Positions 41,842 through 57,173 of a DNA stretch of 64,000 bases are shown here, one piece after another; positions within the stretch are counted from its first letter, which is position 1; every line of letters begins with the position of its first letter. Both the position numbers and the translations under genes were made by a program. Origin of the DNA: Octopus sinensis (taxonomy: Eukaryota); contig NC_043004.1 of the NCBI RefSeq assembly GCF_006345805.1, positions 53,630,001-53,694,000 on the forward strand, written 5' to 3'. The notes under the pieces are model-generated. The model saw only the letters and a program-made list of their open reading frames with translations, did not search any database and was not told where the DNA came from.

Positions 41842-41927
41842 CCCTACGTTCTTGCCCTCCACTCGTTCCGAACAGTCGGGCAAAATGTTGCTGAAAGGCC
41901 TCACACATTTTACTTGGCTCGAGCAAA
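41842..41927 (-). mobile_element. Tx1-family ORF2 fragment between the gap and a (GATA)n tract
   Basis: Translates LLEPSKMCEAFQQHFARLFGTSGGQERR, versus LLEPERMCEAFQQHFARLFGASGGSERG at about 1317-1400. Confidence 0.88.
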
Positions 41928-42802
41928 GATAGATAGATAGATAGATAGATAGAGACGCACATAGAAAAATATATAAATATAGTTTGAATAAGATTAGTAA
42001 TAAACGAGTGAGGAACGAGTATATAGAGCATCTGTTTATTTGGCAAAAAAAAAATGACCGCCCCGAAACACAATATATATATATATATATACATATATAT
42101 GTGTGTGTTTGTGTACATATTTATATACACATATGTATATATATATGCATGCAAACACAAACTGATATATATGTATATGTATGCATATATACATATATGT
42201 GTGTGTGTATGTGTCTGTGTGTGTGTGTGTGTAAATGTGTACTTTTATATACATACATACATACATACTTATGCTCACTTATATACACACCCACTGAAAT
42301 ATATGTTTGTCAATTATTTCGTTTTGACTGCATTGTGAGTTACGTATGAAATTATTACATTGAATCACAAGCGCACTTCACACGTATGCACGTATGCACG
42401 CACGTTCGTACGTGCGCACACACATACGCACACTCTCTCTCACGCAGAGACACACCTAATTCATATACAGACACACATGGATTCATATACAGACATACAT
42501 ACACGCACATATACATAGGTCTGGAGCGCATGTATTTGTGCTTCATAAATGTACGCTCTGTTACGTCGTAGCTTCGACCTACACAACGGAAGTCATATAT
42601 CGACTCAGTTTAACTATACAAGCAAAAGGAAGTGTCAGTTCATTTCAATAAAAACGTGACCAAATACCTGCGCATATTTGAACATACCCACAGACGCACA
42701 CAAATCATGTATATCCACATATAACACGCACACATGAATATCGTCACATTCTTGCATTAAATATGGTTAGTTATCTGCACTTAGCATCTGTCTGTCTATC
42801 TC

Positions 42803-42893
<91 letters not shown>

Positions 42894-43068
42894 CTTAAAT
42901 GCTGAGGTGAATCGAACGGCTTTTGTGTGTTCTTAAATGGCTTACAAACACCTTCACGCAGCAATTGTTTTCATAAATATATATATGTATATATATATAT
43001 TATATATATATTATATATATATATCTATATATATATATATATAGGGATATATGTATGTATATATATAC

Positions 43069-43102
<34 letters not shown>

Positions 43103-43193
43103 GTAATATATATATGTATATACATATATATACACATATATATAAGCACACGCACACACACACATACAAATCTCTCTATATATGTATGTGTGT

Positions 43194-43256
<63 letters not shown>

Positions 43257-43563
43257 CATAGATAGATACATAGATAGATAGATAGGTAGATATACATAGT
43301 TGTATGAGTATATACATACAGAGTCCACCCCAAATATGTATGCACAATTCAGGAAAGGAAAAAAAAATCTATAAATATTTAACTTCTATGAGTACCTTTA
43401 TAATTATAAACTTCTTTCGATGTTTTATCCAATTGCGATAGCACTGAATAAATTGCAATAACACTGAAAAAAATATTTATACAAACCTTTTCCATATCTG
43501 AAGTGTGTATTTGTTTTCTTTAATCGGGGGTGGGGGAAGCTCTGCATATATGTATGTTTATGT

Positions 43564-43617
<54 letters not shown>

Positions 43618-43879
43618 CTGAAGAAGGGGATTTTTCCTTGTGTAGTATGTCTTGTACTCTTGTAGTATTCTTTCGTTGTTTAAGAAAAATGTCCATTTCC
43701 TTGGTTTTGTGTTTATGTTTTCGTTTCTCATTGTGTTCGTCGTTTTTCTTGTGTCCTGTACCCATATATGCATGTATATATATATATATATATATAGATG
43801 TAGGTATGTACATATATGTATGTATATATGCATATGTTTTATTTATTATTTTGTTATATATATATATATAGGGAGAGGT

Positions 43880-44060
43880 TACAAAAAAAAACAAAAGATG
43901 AAGACAGGTGGTGTACAAAACAAACAGATGTATTAGTATAACGCTCAGGAATAGAAAAAGTCTTTAACGTTTCGAGCCTACGCTCTTCTACAGAAAGAGA
44001 CACCGAAAAAACAAGGAGAGAAACAAGGAGAGAAAAAAATATGTGTAGTGGCTACAAAAT
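43880..44060 (-). repeat. Best-preserved copy of the hammerhead-like repeat
   Basis: Minus strand 43961-43998 reads tctttCTGTAGAagagcgtaggctcGAAACGTTaaaga, with a perfect gagc/gctc stem. Confidence 0.6.
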
Positions 44061-44679
44061 ACACAGTTATATCTTGAGATAGCTAGTAATAACAATGCTC
44101 AAAATATAATACAGACTGGAGTTTTAGTGCTCCAAATGAGCTATATTCCACTTCTTAATTTGAGCGGAGGCAAGAGGAGTTGGAAGTACAGGAACATTTC
44201 TAAGATCCACACACAAAGATCAGATACATACATATATTCATATATTCAATTATATCTACAGAACGTATATAAGATCCGACATATATAAATATTATAATAT
44301 ATATATAGATACATAAATATACATGTGAAAGAGAAGCAATGCCATAATTCGTGGACTAGCGGTACCATTCGCCTCCCATTCTGATAAGCCATAAAAATTG
44401 CCAAACATCGATGTCCTTCACTCCTCAATGAGCTTTGGGGTATGTTGTCCCACCTAGCCATAACTTTCAGGTGTTTAAACTCTCGGCACCTTGGTGGAAT
44501 ATTTTCCACAACGCCACTTCATCCTACCGGCAAACACGTGATGATCACCCGTTGATTATGTTTGGACAATAACGTTTCTACATTTTACCTGCACATTTAT
44601 CACAAAACCCTTACTCAGAGTTTCACCTTCCCGTTCATCGGACAATTGAGATATATATATCCTCTTATTGCTTTATTCT

Positions 44680-44950
44680 TTTAGTTGTTTCAGACGTTTG
44701 ACTGAGGCCATGCTGGAGCACCGCCTTTCAGAGTTTTAGTCGAAGATATCGACCCTAGTACTTATTCTTTGTAAGCTTAGTGCTTATATTATAAGCCTCT
44801 TTTGCCGAACCGCTAAGTTATTGGGAAGTAAACACACCAATATCGATTGACAAGCGATGGCAGGGGTCAAACGCTGACACACGCACACACACATAAATAT
44901 ATATATACGAAGGGCTTGTTACAGTTTCCGTCTTCCAAGTCCACTGACAA
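44680..44950 (-). mobile_element. SINE family A, 3' two-thirds
   Basis: 'ggccatgctggagcaccgcc...ttttgccgaaccgctaag...ttacagtttccgtc..ccactgacaaggc'. Confidence 0.75.
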
Positions 44951-44954
44951 GGCC

Positions 44955-45161
44955 TTGGAAACCGTCGAGAAGAGTTGCAAGAGATGCCGAATTAGTCTGG
45001 AGGCCGTGATTGAATTCCATAGCGATTTTATTGAATAAATTTACTCATTAGTATTTCAAGATATTATTATGTAATTTTGGTAAATATATCTGTTAAAATG
45101 AGATGTCAGTGTTATTTTTATTTTTGCACAATTTAGATCACAATTTACTAACTGCACTCTG
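44955..45161 (+). mobile_element. 3' end of a maT-like element related to 36394-37226
   Basis: 'gcgattttattgaataaattt' and a TIR-like 'actgcactctg|TA'; reverse-similar to 36394-36540. Confidence 0.6.
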
Positions 45162-45250
<89 letters not shown>

Positions 45251-45510
45251 TTTATTTAAAAGCAGCAGAAATATAACAAAAGCTGTTACTCAGATCCATT
45301 CACAAAAATTTTGCTTCAGAATATACTTGTCCTGGCACGGGAGAAAACACTACTATGGTTTTCCACAGACTAATTGTGAGTCCGAAATGTGCAACCTGGT
45401 GGGAAATCTGTCCATTAAATGTTGCATATCCCCTTCCGAGCATCATCAGCATAAAGTAATTCTCTAACAAATATTTTGAAAGTTTTTGCTTTCAGTAAAA
45501 CCGAGTCAAA

Positions 45511-46020
45511 TTAAAAATACATCCAGATGTCCGAAATCTGATTCCGATTCCCCTGTTGCAATCCTTGAAAGCATATCAAAACAATGCAGCAAAATATATG
45601 GAGTAAAAGCGTGGGAGCAAGAATATCTCCCTGTTTGACACCGTTGCCCACCAAAAATTCATGAGATAGCTCACCATTAAGGACTACCTGAGCTTTCATG
45701 TTTCTGTGTAGTTCCTTAAAGATGCTCACAAAATGTGTTGGGCAACCAAGTTTACACAAAACAATCCACAGTTCCTCCCTGTTTACCGGTCAAATGCTTT
45801 ACTTAAATCTATGAAAACCTGGTATAGTGGCAATTTTTGCACTCAGCATTTCTCTTGAACTCGCCTCGCAGAAAATATCATGTCCACTGTTCTTCGTTCA
45901 AGTCTCAAACCACACTGTTCTTCAGGAATTACATGTGGACACACATTCTCAACAAGACGATCTAACATGATCCTTGAAAGTATTTTACTAAATATTGGGG
46001 GCCTGTTGCATAATAACAAC
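45511..46020 (-). mobile_element. RTE-clade LINE reverse transcriptase fragment
   Basis: IPEEQCGLRLERRTVDMIFSARRVQEKC, FIDLSKAF, KLGCPTHFVSIFKELHRNMKAQVVLNGELSHEFLVGNGVKQGDILAPTL. Confidence 0.88.
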
Positions 46021-46084
46021 ACAAGCAAATCTTTTTTTCCCGAGAGACCTTGCTGCATGCAATCAAGTCCTATTTATAGCACTC

Positions 46085-46690
46085 GTGAAAACTCATCTGA
46101 GCCCTGATATAGAGGATTCAGAATAAACGTACCAAAATATACCATACTGGAAAAAGACAGAAGATAAATGAACCATGGTGGAGTTGCAAAATACATTCGG
46201 ATGACCTCACACCCCAGGTCTAACTGTCATTCTGAAATTCAGTATGTGTCACTCTAAGTGTATACATAAGACAACACAATATAGTCATATGCAATACATA
46301 TCACCCACCAAATGCACCAAACTACAAAGGCAAATATATAGATTACCTCACAAGAACTAAAGAAAAATTCGTGAAGCTTATAGGTGATTTCAACTTCCTC
46401 AAAGTCAAATGGCCCGAAGGTCTCATGCTCTGAGGAATGATTCATTGCAAGCAAGCACAGGTGGAGCTCCTGCTCAACCTCACCAATGCTCTATTCATGG
46501 AGCAAGTTGTACTCAGACCAACTAAGGTGAATGACATTTTGGATCTCTGTTTCACAAACAATATGGACATCGTTCATGATGTGAAAGTGACTCCAACACT
46601 AGTCTCGGATCACAACATAATAGAGCTGTCTATGTAACCTAACGGAAACACCCAAAATCTCTCCAATCTGAACTTCCACAAAGCAGACTT
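46085..46690 (+). mobile_element. CR1/L2-type LINE endonuclease fragment
   Basis: HGGVAKYI, LIGDFNF, FMEQVVLRPTKVNDILDLCFTN, LVSDHNIIE, LNFHKAD; broken by stops. Confidence 0.8.
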
Positions 46691-47932
46691 TTATTTCTCT
46701 TTCCATTTCAGAATTACAACTATTAGTGGTTTGGAGTTTGGCTGCTCTTTTTAGTGAGTCGAATGTCCTATTATGGCCATTCCTTATATATTTGAATGTA
46801 TATTATATAGTCTATTGACTATCTTTTCTTTCTCACTTGACCGCTGGTAGCGGAGAATTTTTCTAGAATTTTTTGCTACCCTAAAATTTATTAACTAATG
46901 ATATATATATTTCATGTGTAAGCGTGTATATATATATATAGTGACATTGAAGGACGCATCTTTCGATTTACAATCTAATATAGTAGAACATTTAGTATAT
47001 GTCTGTATGTGTGTATATATATATATCTGTGTCTGTATATATATATATTGCCTGTTATATACATTATATTATTATCTTTATAATTTACTTCCATCTTTAC
47101 TTTTTAATTGTCACTTTAATTTTAACTTTCCTATGATATACAATTTTCAAGATGGTGTAATTTGGTTGTTCATTTTGAACCGATAAAAGGTTTTTTTTCA
47201 AATATTTTATGTATAAGTCTGTGTGTGTATATATTTCTGTAGTGGTATAAATATCAACACACAAACATATATTTTTCTCTTCTCCATTTTCTCCCTTATT
47301 TTTATTTATTTTTTTTTATTTTTATTTTTATATTTATTTTTATTTTTATTTTTTTCCCTTTTCTCTGTTTGCCTCTCTCCCCTTCTCCAAACACACAGAG
47401 ACACACACACACACGCACACAAACACACACGGACACAGAGACACACACACCTCCACAAAACGATAATACAAAGTATGACCCCAAATGACATTTGTTCATC
47501 CCCAAAATCACAAAAGGTGTAATTTCTGGCCAGCCTACCCACCAACACACACTCAGGGACACTTAGAACTCCCCAGGGGGTCCAACAGGCCAAAGGAAAT
47601 CCTTCTTCTTCTTCTTCTTCCCTCTCCCCCTCCCCCTTCCCCTTTCCCCCTTTCTCTCTTTAGCCTCAGATACAAACGCACACACACACACACACATACA
47701 CATACACACATGTTCTCTCTCTCACTTCCTCCTCATCTACCTCACCCTCTTATACTATCTTGTTCCTCCTCACTACTACGAAACTCTATAAAATGACCAA
47801 ATTCCCCACAAAGGAATTGATTTGATTTGAAAACCCCACTGGAATGGGAGAAAGCGCTAATAATGTGAATGATATGATCTGAATGATATGATATATATAT
47901 GTAAAAGATGTAATATATAAATATATCTTCTA

Positions 47933-48041
<109 letters not shown>

Positions 48042-48051
48042 GATATATATA

Positions 48052-48617
48052 TAAGAGTAACCGAGTTAGTAATGTTTTTTATCTTCTTTTCACTAAATTT
48101 ATCTAGCTTCTGTGTTCCTAGCACATATTTCGCCTTAATGTACTGATATATGAAAAATATATGGCTTGTGCTAGAAATACCAGCGAAAATAATTATTTTT
48201 ATTTTATCGCAATTTGACTTATTTACATATTTCTCGATAAATTTTGAGCGCTAGACGATATACCAGAAATCCCTAGTTTTGTCGGGACGTTCGGAGTCTG
48301 CGCAGTGATCTGATTAGTTAGAGAGAGTAAACCATTAGAAGCACATGCTTCTAGTGAGTTAGGATCTCAGAACAACAGGGCTCTTACCGATGAATTCTCC
48401 CTGAGCAAATAAATTATCTTTATTGCTGAAAAGAAAGAAACTGCAGTCTAAGAGTAACCGAGTTAGTAAATGTTTTTATCTTCTTTTCACTAAATTTATC
48501 TAGCTTCTGTGTTCCTAGCACATATTTCGCCTTAATGCATTGATATATGAAAAATATATGGCTTGTGCTAGAAATACCAGCGAAAATAATTATTTTTATT
48601 TTATCGCAATTTGACTT
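48052..48617. repeat. 169-bp direct repeats separated by a 228-bp spacer, embedded in (TA)n
   Basis: taagagtaaccgagttagtaa...gcaatttgactt at 48052-48220 and 48449-48617. Confidence 0.9.
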
Positions 48618-48677
48618 GTTTATATATTATATATATATATTATATATATATATATATATATTATAATTATATTTATA

Positions 48678-49115
48678 GGCGCAGGAGTGGCTGTGTGGTA
48701 AGTAGCTTGCTTATGAACTACGTGGTTCCGGGTTCAGTCCCACTGCATAGCATCTTGGGCAAGTGTCTTCTGCTATAGCCCCGGGCCGACCAATGCCTTG
48801 TGAGTGGATTTGGTAGACGGAAACTGAAAGAAGCCTGTCGTATATATGTATATATATTTATATGTGTGTGTCTGTGTGTGTGTGTTTGTGTATCTGTGTT
48901 TGTCCCCCTAGCATTGCTTGACAACCAATGCTGGTGTGTTTACCTCCCCGTCACTTAGCGGTTCGGCAAAAGAGACCGATAGAATAAGTACTAGGCTTAC
49001 AAAGAATAAGTCCTGGTGGTCGATTTGCTCGACTCAAGGCGGTGCTCCAGCATGGCCGCAGTCAAGTGACTGAAACAAGTAAAAGAGAGTAAAGAGAGTA
49101 AAGAGAGTAAAGAGA

Positions 49116-49117
<2 letters not shown>
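48678..49117 (+). mobile_element. Full-length SINE family A
   Basis: A-box-like tggctgtgtgg, B-box-like gggttcagtccc, core cttgggcaagtgtcttct, tandem (agtaaag) tail. Confidence 0.9.
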
Positions 49118-49160
<43 letters not shown>

Positions 49161-49206
49161 ATTATATATATGTAGATTTGTACATATATGTATATATGTA
49201 GATTTA

Positions 49207-49249
<43 letters not shown>

Positions 49250-50567
49250 TATAAACCTTCCAATCACACAACTACACCCGCACATATACAAACATATGCA
49301 TATCCGTATAAATGAAGGGGACGTGTATATGAAAGTCGCATATATGCACCGGCCACAGTCTTACACACACACATAGATATGTTTGTATGTATATGTATAT
49401 AGATGCACACACACACTCACAACACATATATATTTGCATGTATGTATTTGTGTATATTATATGTTGTACTTTACCAGCCGTTGAGATAAAGACATGTATG
49501 ACAAGTTTAAGTTGATTGTCGTAGATACACCTTTGGTAACCAACTCTGCCATACTATAAGTAATTTTGTAGATGTTCCTCTCACATTTGCTATGCCAGAA
49601 TATTTGCCATAGCGAGAACCTGATGCAATCTATATATATCGGAATATTGTCCGACTATTCTAATAGGTGCTCCAGCAGGAGCGTAAATTTGTTTATCTTG
49701 CGCTACGATTTTCTGATTTAAACCGTTACAATGATTGTTCACCGAAAGTGATTTTAATAATCTCATAAAATTTATTTATGTCCGTAGGATATCTAAATTT
49801 ACTGTTCTCTATCTCAACATTGTAAGTTTTATAGCAAGTTTTCAGGACGAGAATAGATATAAGATATCAGATCGAGTATTACTAATCTATACAAGTAACA
49901 TTCAAGCATGGCTGTGTGATTATGAACCTCGCTTTGCAATTACGTCAATTTCAATTATTTCCAATTACGTCAAGCCCACAACGCGGCGCCATGAGAAAAT
50001 CACTTCTACTTTAGCCACGAGTAACCAATGTTTTGAGTGAATTTGGTCGACGCATTCTGTGTGAAAGCTCATTTATGTGAGTATGTATATATGAATGTGT
50101 ATGAGCGTGTGCGCGTGTATGTATGTATGTCTGTGTGTTTATGTCTACCCCCTCCCCTGTATTTTGTTTAAGTTCCCTTAAGTGAACATTTCAGCAATAA
50201 GAACCAGACTTTTAAAATATTAGATCTGACTTGTTCAACTAAACTCTGTAAGGCAATGACTCGCATGGCCACATTTCAATTTTCTAAAAGAAGCAAAAGA
50301 TCCAAAGAAATTTGAGTACTTCATGGCGTGTAAACTTAAATTTACCTAAATTGTAACTACGCATAGTTAAAATATTTGAGTCCAAGTAATCATTTCTTTC
50401 CGATCATTATATTTTACAGCTAGTTGGATATTAAGCTAGTCTGCCCCGAAGCACACACAAAACAATTACATTCGTAGTGACATTTATATTTTACGTGGCA
50501 GCAATTTTAAAGTTATAATTTCTATACTTAACAAACAGCATAAATTTATATGTATCTTGTCCCTATA

Positions 50568-50880
50568 GTGAAGGCACTTGTCTTAGTGGTTAGGTTATAT
50601 AATTCAGATTCGTAAGGCCGTCATTTCGATTCACGGCAACGTATCGAGTACTTGAGCAAAATTCTTTATTTCTCGTCGCTCAGTTCTCTCACTTAGCAAA
50701 AGTTAATTTTACCTGTATTTGAAAGGGGTCAGCCGTTTCCCTTTCTGTGTCACGCCGAATTTCCCTGAGAACTATGCATGATGATGGAGAGCGCAGCCTC
50801 GTGGGTATTAATTTCCCGGACAAATTGTTCAGTGGATCGGATCACCTGGAACTCCTCGTTGTGATAACCGGGAGAACGCC
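50568..50880 (+). mobile_element. Degenerate SINE (head C plus tail X)
   Basis: 'gtcttagtggttagg..ttcgattcacgg' and 'ttctgtgtcacgccgaatttccctgagaacta..gatcggatcacctgg'. Confidence 0.6.
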
Positions 50881-51113
50881 TGCGCAGTAATGTCCCTGTA
50901 CAATTGAAGTTGTAGTGGCCTAAAAGATATTAACTTTCCATTTGCTTGTACGTGAATAAATGTATTTAATTGAATAAAATAAGCAATTATCTTCTTTCAC
51001 TTCAGATAATTGTTATAATTTTTAATTACAAAGTTTTCAAAAATGAATGTAGACTATAAATTTAATATAGGATGTACTAGCTGTCTACACACGTGTACAC
51101 GCGTATCTCGCAG

Positions 51114-51171
<58 letters not shown>

Positions 51172-51176
51172 GCACG

Positions 51177-51217
<41 letters not shown>

Positions 51218-51902
51218 ACACACACATACACACACACACATACATACACAGATACAGACTTTTTTCAGTCTTCGTCTACTGAATCCACTCGCAAGGTCTT
51301 ATATATGTTTGTCGGTGTGTGTGTGTGTGTACATATATACATACATACATATACATTCATATATGCATGCATATATACATGCATACACACATACAAACAT
51401 ACATATATATATATATGCAATATACATTGAGACACATACATCCATATATACATCCAAATATATTTACATACATACATTCATACATACATACATACTTACA
51501 TACATATATAGATATATACATACATACATACATACATACATACATACATACATACATACATACACACACACACATACATACATACATATATACATACATA
51601 CATACATCAAGCGTAGTTCGCCCAGTTCTAGTCAGGCATGAAATTAAAAACATACCTATTTAAATACTGTCTGAAACGTAATCTATAAATACAATTAGAT
51701 ATTTCAATCAAAATTTAATACAATATTTGTAAATATTAAGGTAAAAATGTATTTTCAGAACTCACATATTAATATGAGTATTGTTAATTAAAGTCAGATC
51801 TGACGCTTACATAATATACTTCCGGTAAATAATCATTTATAATATAAATATAATGAAGATGATTTTCGATGATCGTTGTGACTATGTTTGGTATATCTTG
51901 TG

Positions 51903-52288
51903 TGGAGGCGCAATGGCCCAGTGGTTGGGGCAGCGGACTCGCGGTCGTAGGATCGCGGTTTCGATTCCCAGACCGGGCGTTGTGAGTGTTTATTGAGCGA
52001 AAACACCTAAAGCTCCACGAGGCTCCGGCAGGGGATGGTGGTGATCCCTGCTGTATCTTTCACCACAACTTTCTCTCACTTTTACATCCTGTTTCTGTTG
52101 TACCTGTATTTCAGGGGGCCGGCCTTGTCACTCTCTGTGTGACGCTGAATATCCCCGAGAACTACGTTAAGGGTGCACGTGTCTGTGGAGTGCTCAGCCA
52201 CTTACACATTAATTTCACGAGCAGGCTGTTCCGCTGATTCGGATCAACCGGAAACCTCATCGTCGTAACCGACGGAGTGCTTCCAGCA
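51903..52288 (+). mobile_element. Full-length SINE (head B plus tail X) with 13-bp TSD
   Basis: A box tggcccagtgg, B box tttcgattccc. TSD ggtatatcttgtg at 51890-51902 and 52289-52301. Confidence 0.92.
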
Positions 52289-55242
52289 GGTATATCTTGT
52301 GACTACAAACATATAAATGAAATAAAGATTAAATATTTTCTAACGGTTAGGGAGTTGCATTCACATTTGCTGTATCGTAGGTTCAATTGCGAGACTGATG
52401 GTGCGATCTATTAGACGCTTCTCCAGTCAACTTGGCTTAAATAGGCGACGAACTTGTGACAAACTACGTTTCTCAGCAGGGAACTGATCGCCTAAGCAGC
52501 GGCGATACATAATTCGAAAGCTGAAGCTATGCAAAGTGTATTGATCGGCTATATCATCAGATACTATTATACATCGCAAGTCACAATGCGCTTTGCATAG
52601 TTTTAGCTATCGAATCATGTCTTGCCGCTGCCTTTTATATTCTTTTATTATTTTCCTTGTTTCACTCATTTGACTGGGGCCATGCTGGAACACTGCTTTG
52701 AAGTGTCTTTGTTAAAAATTTCGACCCCAGAACTTATTTTTAAAGCCTAGTACTTATTCTGTACGCTTCTTGTCCGACAGTATAATGAAATTTGTAAGTG
52801 TATTTGGAAAATACTTATTGAGGCTGTATCAATTTTTTGCTTTTTAATTTTGCAAACCAACTTACTAATTTGATATGGGTTCTTGTAGCTGACTGCCCTT
52901 AACCGATTTTGTAATTAACCTTGTCGTTAATTTACTTATAACTCCTCCCTGTATGTAATTGACTCAAGTTAATTTTCAGCTGTGCATAATTGCTAGATTA
53001 TTCACGCCAGTTTATAATTGGACCTTAGTAGTTTAGCCTTATTACATAATTTGATTCTGAGTTATCGACCTATATATAATTAATTGGTTCATAAGATATT
53101 GACCTGCTCCGAAAGTGGTTCTTGCTTATCGACAGCTGCACTTTCCTAGAAGTTCCACACATCATTGACCTAATGACATAATTCTTATTCATGCAATAGA
53201 TGCAAATAGACAAGTTGATCGTATTTCATTGTTGTTAATATAAACACAATGATTTCAATTATCAGTGAGATTTTGCCCAATATCAGTTCCTGACCGTCAC
53301 TAAAGTTTGGAATTCGCGTTGGTAATGGTATAGTTGTTCTTAACTGAACTAGCAGCCAGATCTTAATCCCGTGTAAACTAAATATTCCGATAGACTTTAG
53401 TGGTCGAACATTTTTTTGCAATCCACAGTATACTGGTTCGAAGATATGAAAAATATAAATAGTCGCTATGTTGTCGACTTACTGATAAAAGCAGCAGAAT
53501 AAAAGTTCTGACAACGTGGCTTCACTATATCGCCCCTAAATTAGGCGATAGAAGTACTCTTGAGTGATAGATACAATCCCTCATCCCATTTATAACAAAC
53601 ATTTAGCTCCTTGGTTGCCTTTGGTAATTCTTCGACTCTGTTGCAAAAAATCGAGATGATTTCGAATTGCACTCGAGGCTTATACGCAATTTTTGTTGGC
53701 CGTGTATTGGTAGAGTTGTTAGAGAATCCTCAGAATGAAAGCCTCACAATATGAATTACGACTTTTGCCTTTTCAATGCCATTTCCTCCAAAATCAGCTC
53801 TGTTTTTCCCGTATAAGATACTACCAATGCAGTGTTATAAGTTTGCAGACGTGTATGAACGTTATATTGGCTGCTTTGCCTTATTTATTCCTGCCATTTG
53901 TGTTGTGATATCCTGCCAAGGCCTCTAGGAGAGGTAGATTTATTTCGACGCCAGGTTCAACAACACCACCAGTCAAGATGCGATGGGTTTTATGAAGTAA
54001 ACGTTGTAGCAGCTATTCGGCCTAGGTTTCCGATTTGAAGGTACGTTCATCCACCGCAGGAACTAGAATCGCTACAGCAAAGGACACTTCGTCTCCTTTT
54101 CAGAACTGTTAATTCTATAAAAGAAAAACTTTATTGAAGGCGCACGCGTAGATATACTTATGTGCGTAAAATTAGCCGAAGGGAGGAGGAAAATATATTC
54201 CGTATTTGAAAATACCACCAAGTTTAGTGCCAAAGTCTCTTCTGTACATTAACCTAGTAACCTGTCTTAGCAGTGGATCATAACTGTTCGTGGAATTGAC
54301 ATCTACAATTCATCGTATTGAATAATCCTGTTTCTCTAGTTTGTAAAATACGACGTATTTTTATACTAAGAGTTATCTTTCTTATCTGCGTAATAATGCA
54401 AAAGGTAATTAAAACCCTTACATGCCTAGAAAAAGCAGTCATATCGCTATGAAGCCATTTTAAACACTCATATTATATCAGATCAGTCATAAAATCTGTA
54501 GACGAGCGACATGGCATTAAAATTCAAAAGTTAAATAAAAATAACAGATTACTCCTCTATTGCAATTTGGAAGTTAGGAACCAAAAATAGATCCATCCTT
54601 CTCGTCGGGAGAATATTCCTGTACATGGAAACTAATAAAAAAAACACACCATGGGACTTAACATGTGTCCCGACCGGCAAGGATCATATGTCAACGTCTA
54701 CCTACACAATTCAAATTCTCAATTCAAACGGCATAGCGTTTATAAGAAGGGACCATTAAACGAGCCACGGCGAAATATGAGTGGTCATAGAGGCTTTACA
54801 GCGGTTTTGATCGCTATTTCTAGACATGTAAGGGTTTCTATGACTCCCTCCCTTATAATTGTGATTTATATACAATTATACACTCTTCTTTTATGAAAAG
54901 ATTTTTTGATTGCATGTTCTGGCCACTGATATATTCGTAAATAATTTTGAATTGTTTACGATATATGCTGCGTAATGTGTTTTTACATTCATTCCTCTTT
55001 AATTATTTATTTACCCACAAGAATAAACAAAAGAGACAGAGACAGAGACAGGCAGAAACAAGGAAAATACCACATGTATTTGAACACTATGCAAATATTC
55101 TTTTAAAAAAACTTTTCTTTTAATTTTTCTAAATTTAATTATTTAATAGTTACAGTTGAAAAAGTCTCAATGACTGCAACCGGTACTGAAATGTTTTTTA
55201 TAAGATTATTTTAGCATTTTCTATCTTGACTTTTTTCCATAT

Positions 55243-55277
<35 letters not shown>

Positions 55278-56148
55278 GAATGTATGTATGTATGTATGTA
55301 TGTATGTATGTATGTATGTATGTATGTATGTATGTATGTATGTATGTATGTATGTTGCGTGTGTATATGACGGGTTGTTCCAGTTTGTCTACCAAATCCG
55401 CTCAAAAAGATTTGGTCAGCCCGAACCACAGTAAGCCCAAGGTGCTATGCAGTGTGACTAAAGCCGGAACCATCTGGTTAGAAAGCAGTTTTCTTAGCAC
55501 ACCACCACGCCTGTACCTACCATAAAGGCAAATTGAAAATGAAAATTAACAAAATGACTTTCGAAAAATATACACATTCATGGAGTGTATTAGGTTGACG
55601 TTCAGTAGAAGTTGGGAAAATGAGTGGGTGTATAACGTATTGAGCATGGCTTTTTGTAAGAAAGAGGAAAGACGAAAGATCTGGAGCGATGGAAATACTT
55701 CCAATAACATCACATGTTTGTTTACATGACATATATAATTTAACAAATAATTATAGACTAAATAATCCATTATAATTAAATGGCCAAGAAGCTAATTAAT
55801 TGTGAAAATCTCAAATATTCCTTAATTATAGAATAAATAAATATATGTATAGTGTAAATCAAAATATACAATTGCAAACTATAAACAATGAATACAACCA
55901 AACGAAGAAAAAAAATCTATTGAAATAATGTTACTTCTAACGAAACCCACGTATTGCAGAGAAATTAACACAAATCATACTACCATCTTAAACTATGCTG
56001 CCCAAAACTGAAAGATCATTATCTATCAACAGGCGGAAATCATTTCTGACTACCCAACAGGTATCATGCCTAACTTCTCCATAGTGAGTGACAAATGTCG
56101 AACGGAAGGGAGGTTGTAACTATTAAAATACATATATATGCATATATG

Positions 56149-56226
<78 letters not shown>

Positions 56227-56762
56227 ATAAGTAAGGGCAAAAGAAATAATTTCTAATGCCAAAATATGCCGAAAATAGACACAACGTCAATAACCATGCA
56301 ATGTACTACTACAAGCATGCGTTTTGAAGAAAGCCAAGAGAAATTTCTAAACAATCCCGTTATTACCATATCGGACCCGATTGCAGAGTTAGTTCATAAG
56401 AACCTTCCCTTCATCAGTGATAAATGCCACAAAGAAATAAGTGAAATACTTACTTATACCCATGGAAGATGCGAATAGTAAGTCATGAGCACAATTAAGT
56501 ACCCCAAATATATCCAAAATAGAAACTCTCTAGGCCATCTCAAGACACGTGCGATTCGTACTGAAAAACTCTCGTAAAGTGAGAGAGTCCGGAAGTGAAC
56601 ACTATTAGATTAACATTTAATGTAGGATAACATTTTTCGAAAAAAATTCTATCAATGGCCAGCATATTAAAAAATAGCTTTAAAGGTTAACTTTAGGTAT
56701 ATATATATATATATATATAGCAATAATAATTCTCTAAATGAGATATAGACAGTAACTGCTCC

Positions 56763-57173
56763 ATAACATAAGGGACTAAAGCCATCTGAATATGGCTAGG
56801 GACAGGGCAGGGTGGTGGGGGTGTTACTGTTGCATTTAGCCCCAGGCGAACATCAACGTCGCCAGATAGGCTTGACACCATCACGGCGTCCTTTATCCTG
56901 CAAAGGGAGATAATTCCCCGATGAAGCGGAAACCACACACGGACCTAGGGGGCCTACCACACGTTGATGATAGGCAATACACCTTGAAACCTAGGTCCGT
57001 GTGTGGTTTCCGCTTCATCGGGGAATTATCTCCCTTTGCAGGATAAAGGACGCCGTGATGGTGTCAAGCCTATCTGGCGACGTTCATGTTCGCCTGGGGC
57101 TAAATGCAACAGTAACACCCCCACCACCCTGCCCTGTCCCTAGCCATATTCAGATGGCTTTAGTCCCTTATGT

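Noticed and set aside
47440-47600. Penelope RT-like fragment (PKIT..)
   Set aside because: A single short motif with no further conserved residues.
56915-57015. Hammerhead within the inverted repeat (ccgatgaagcggaaac)
   Set aside because: No stem II, and stem I cannot form.
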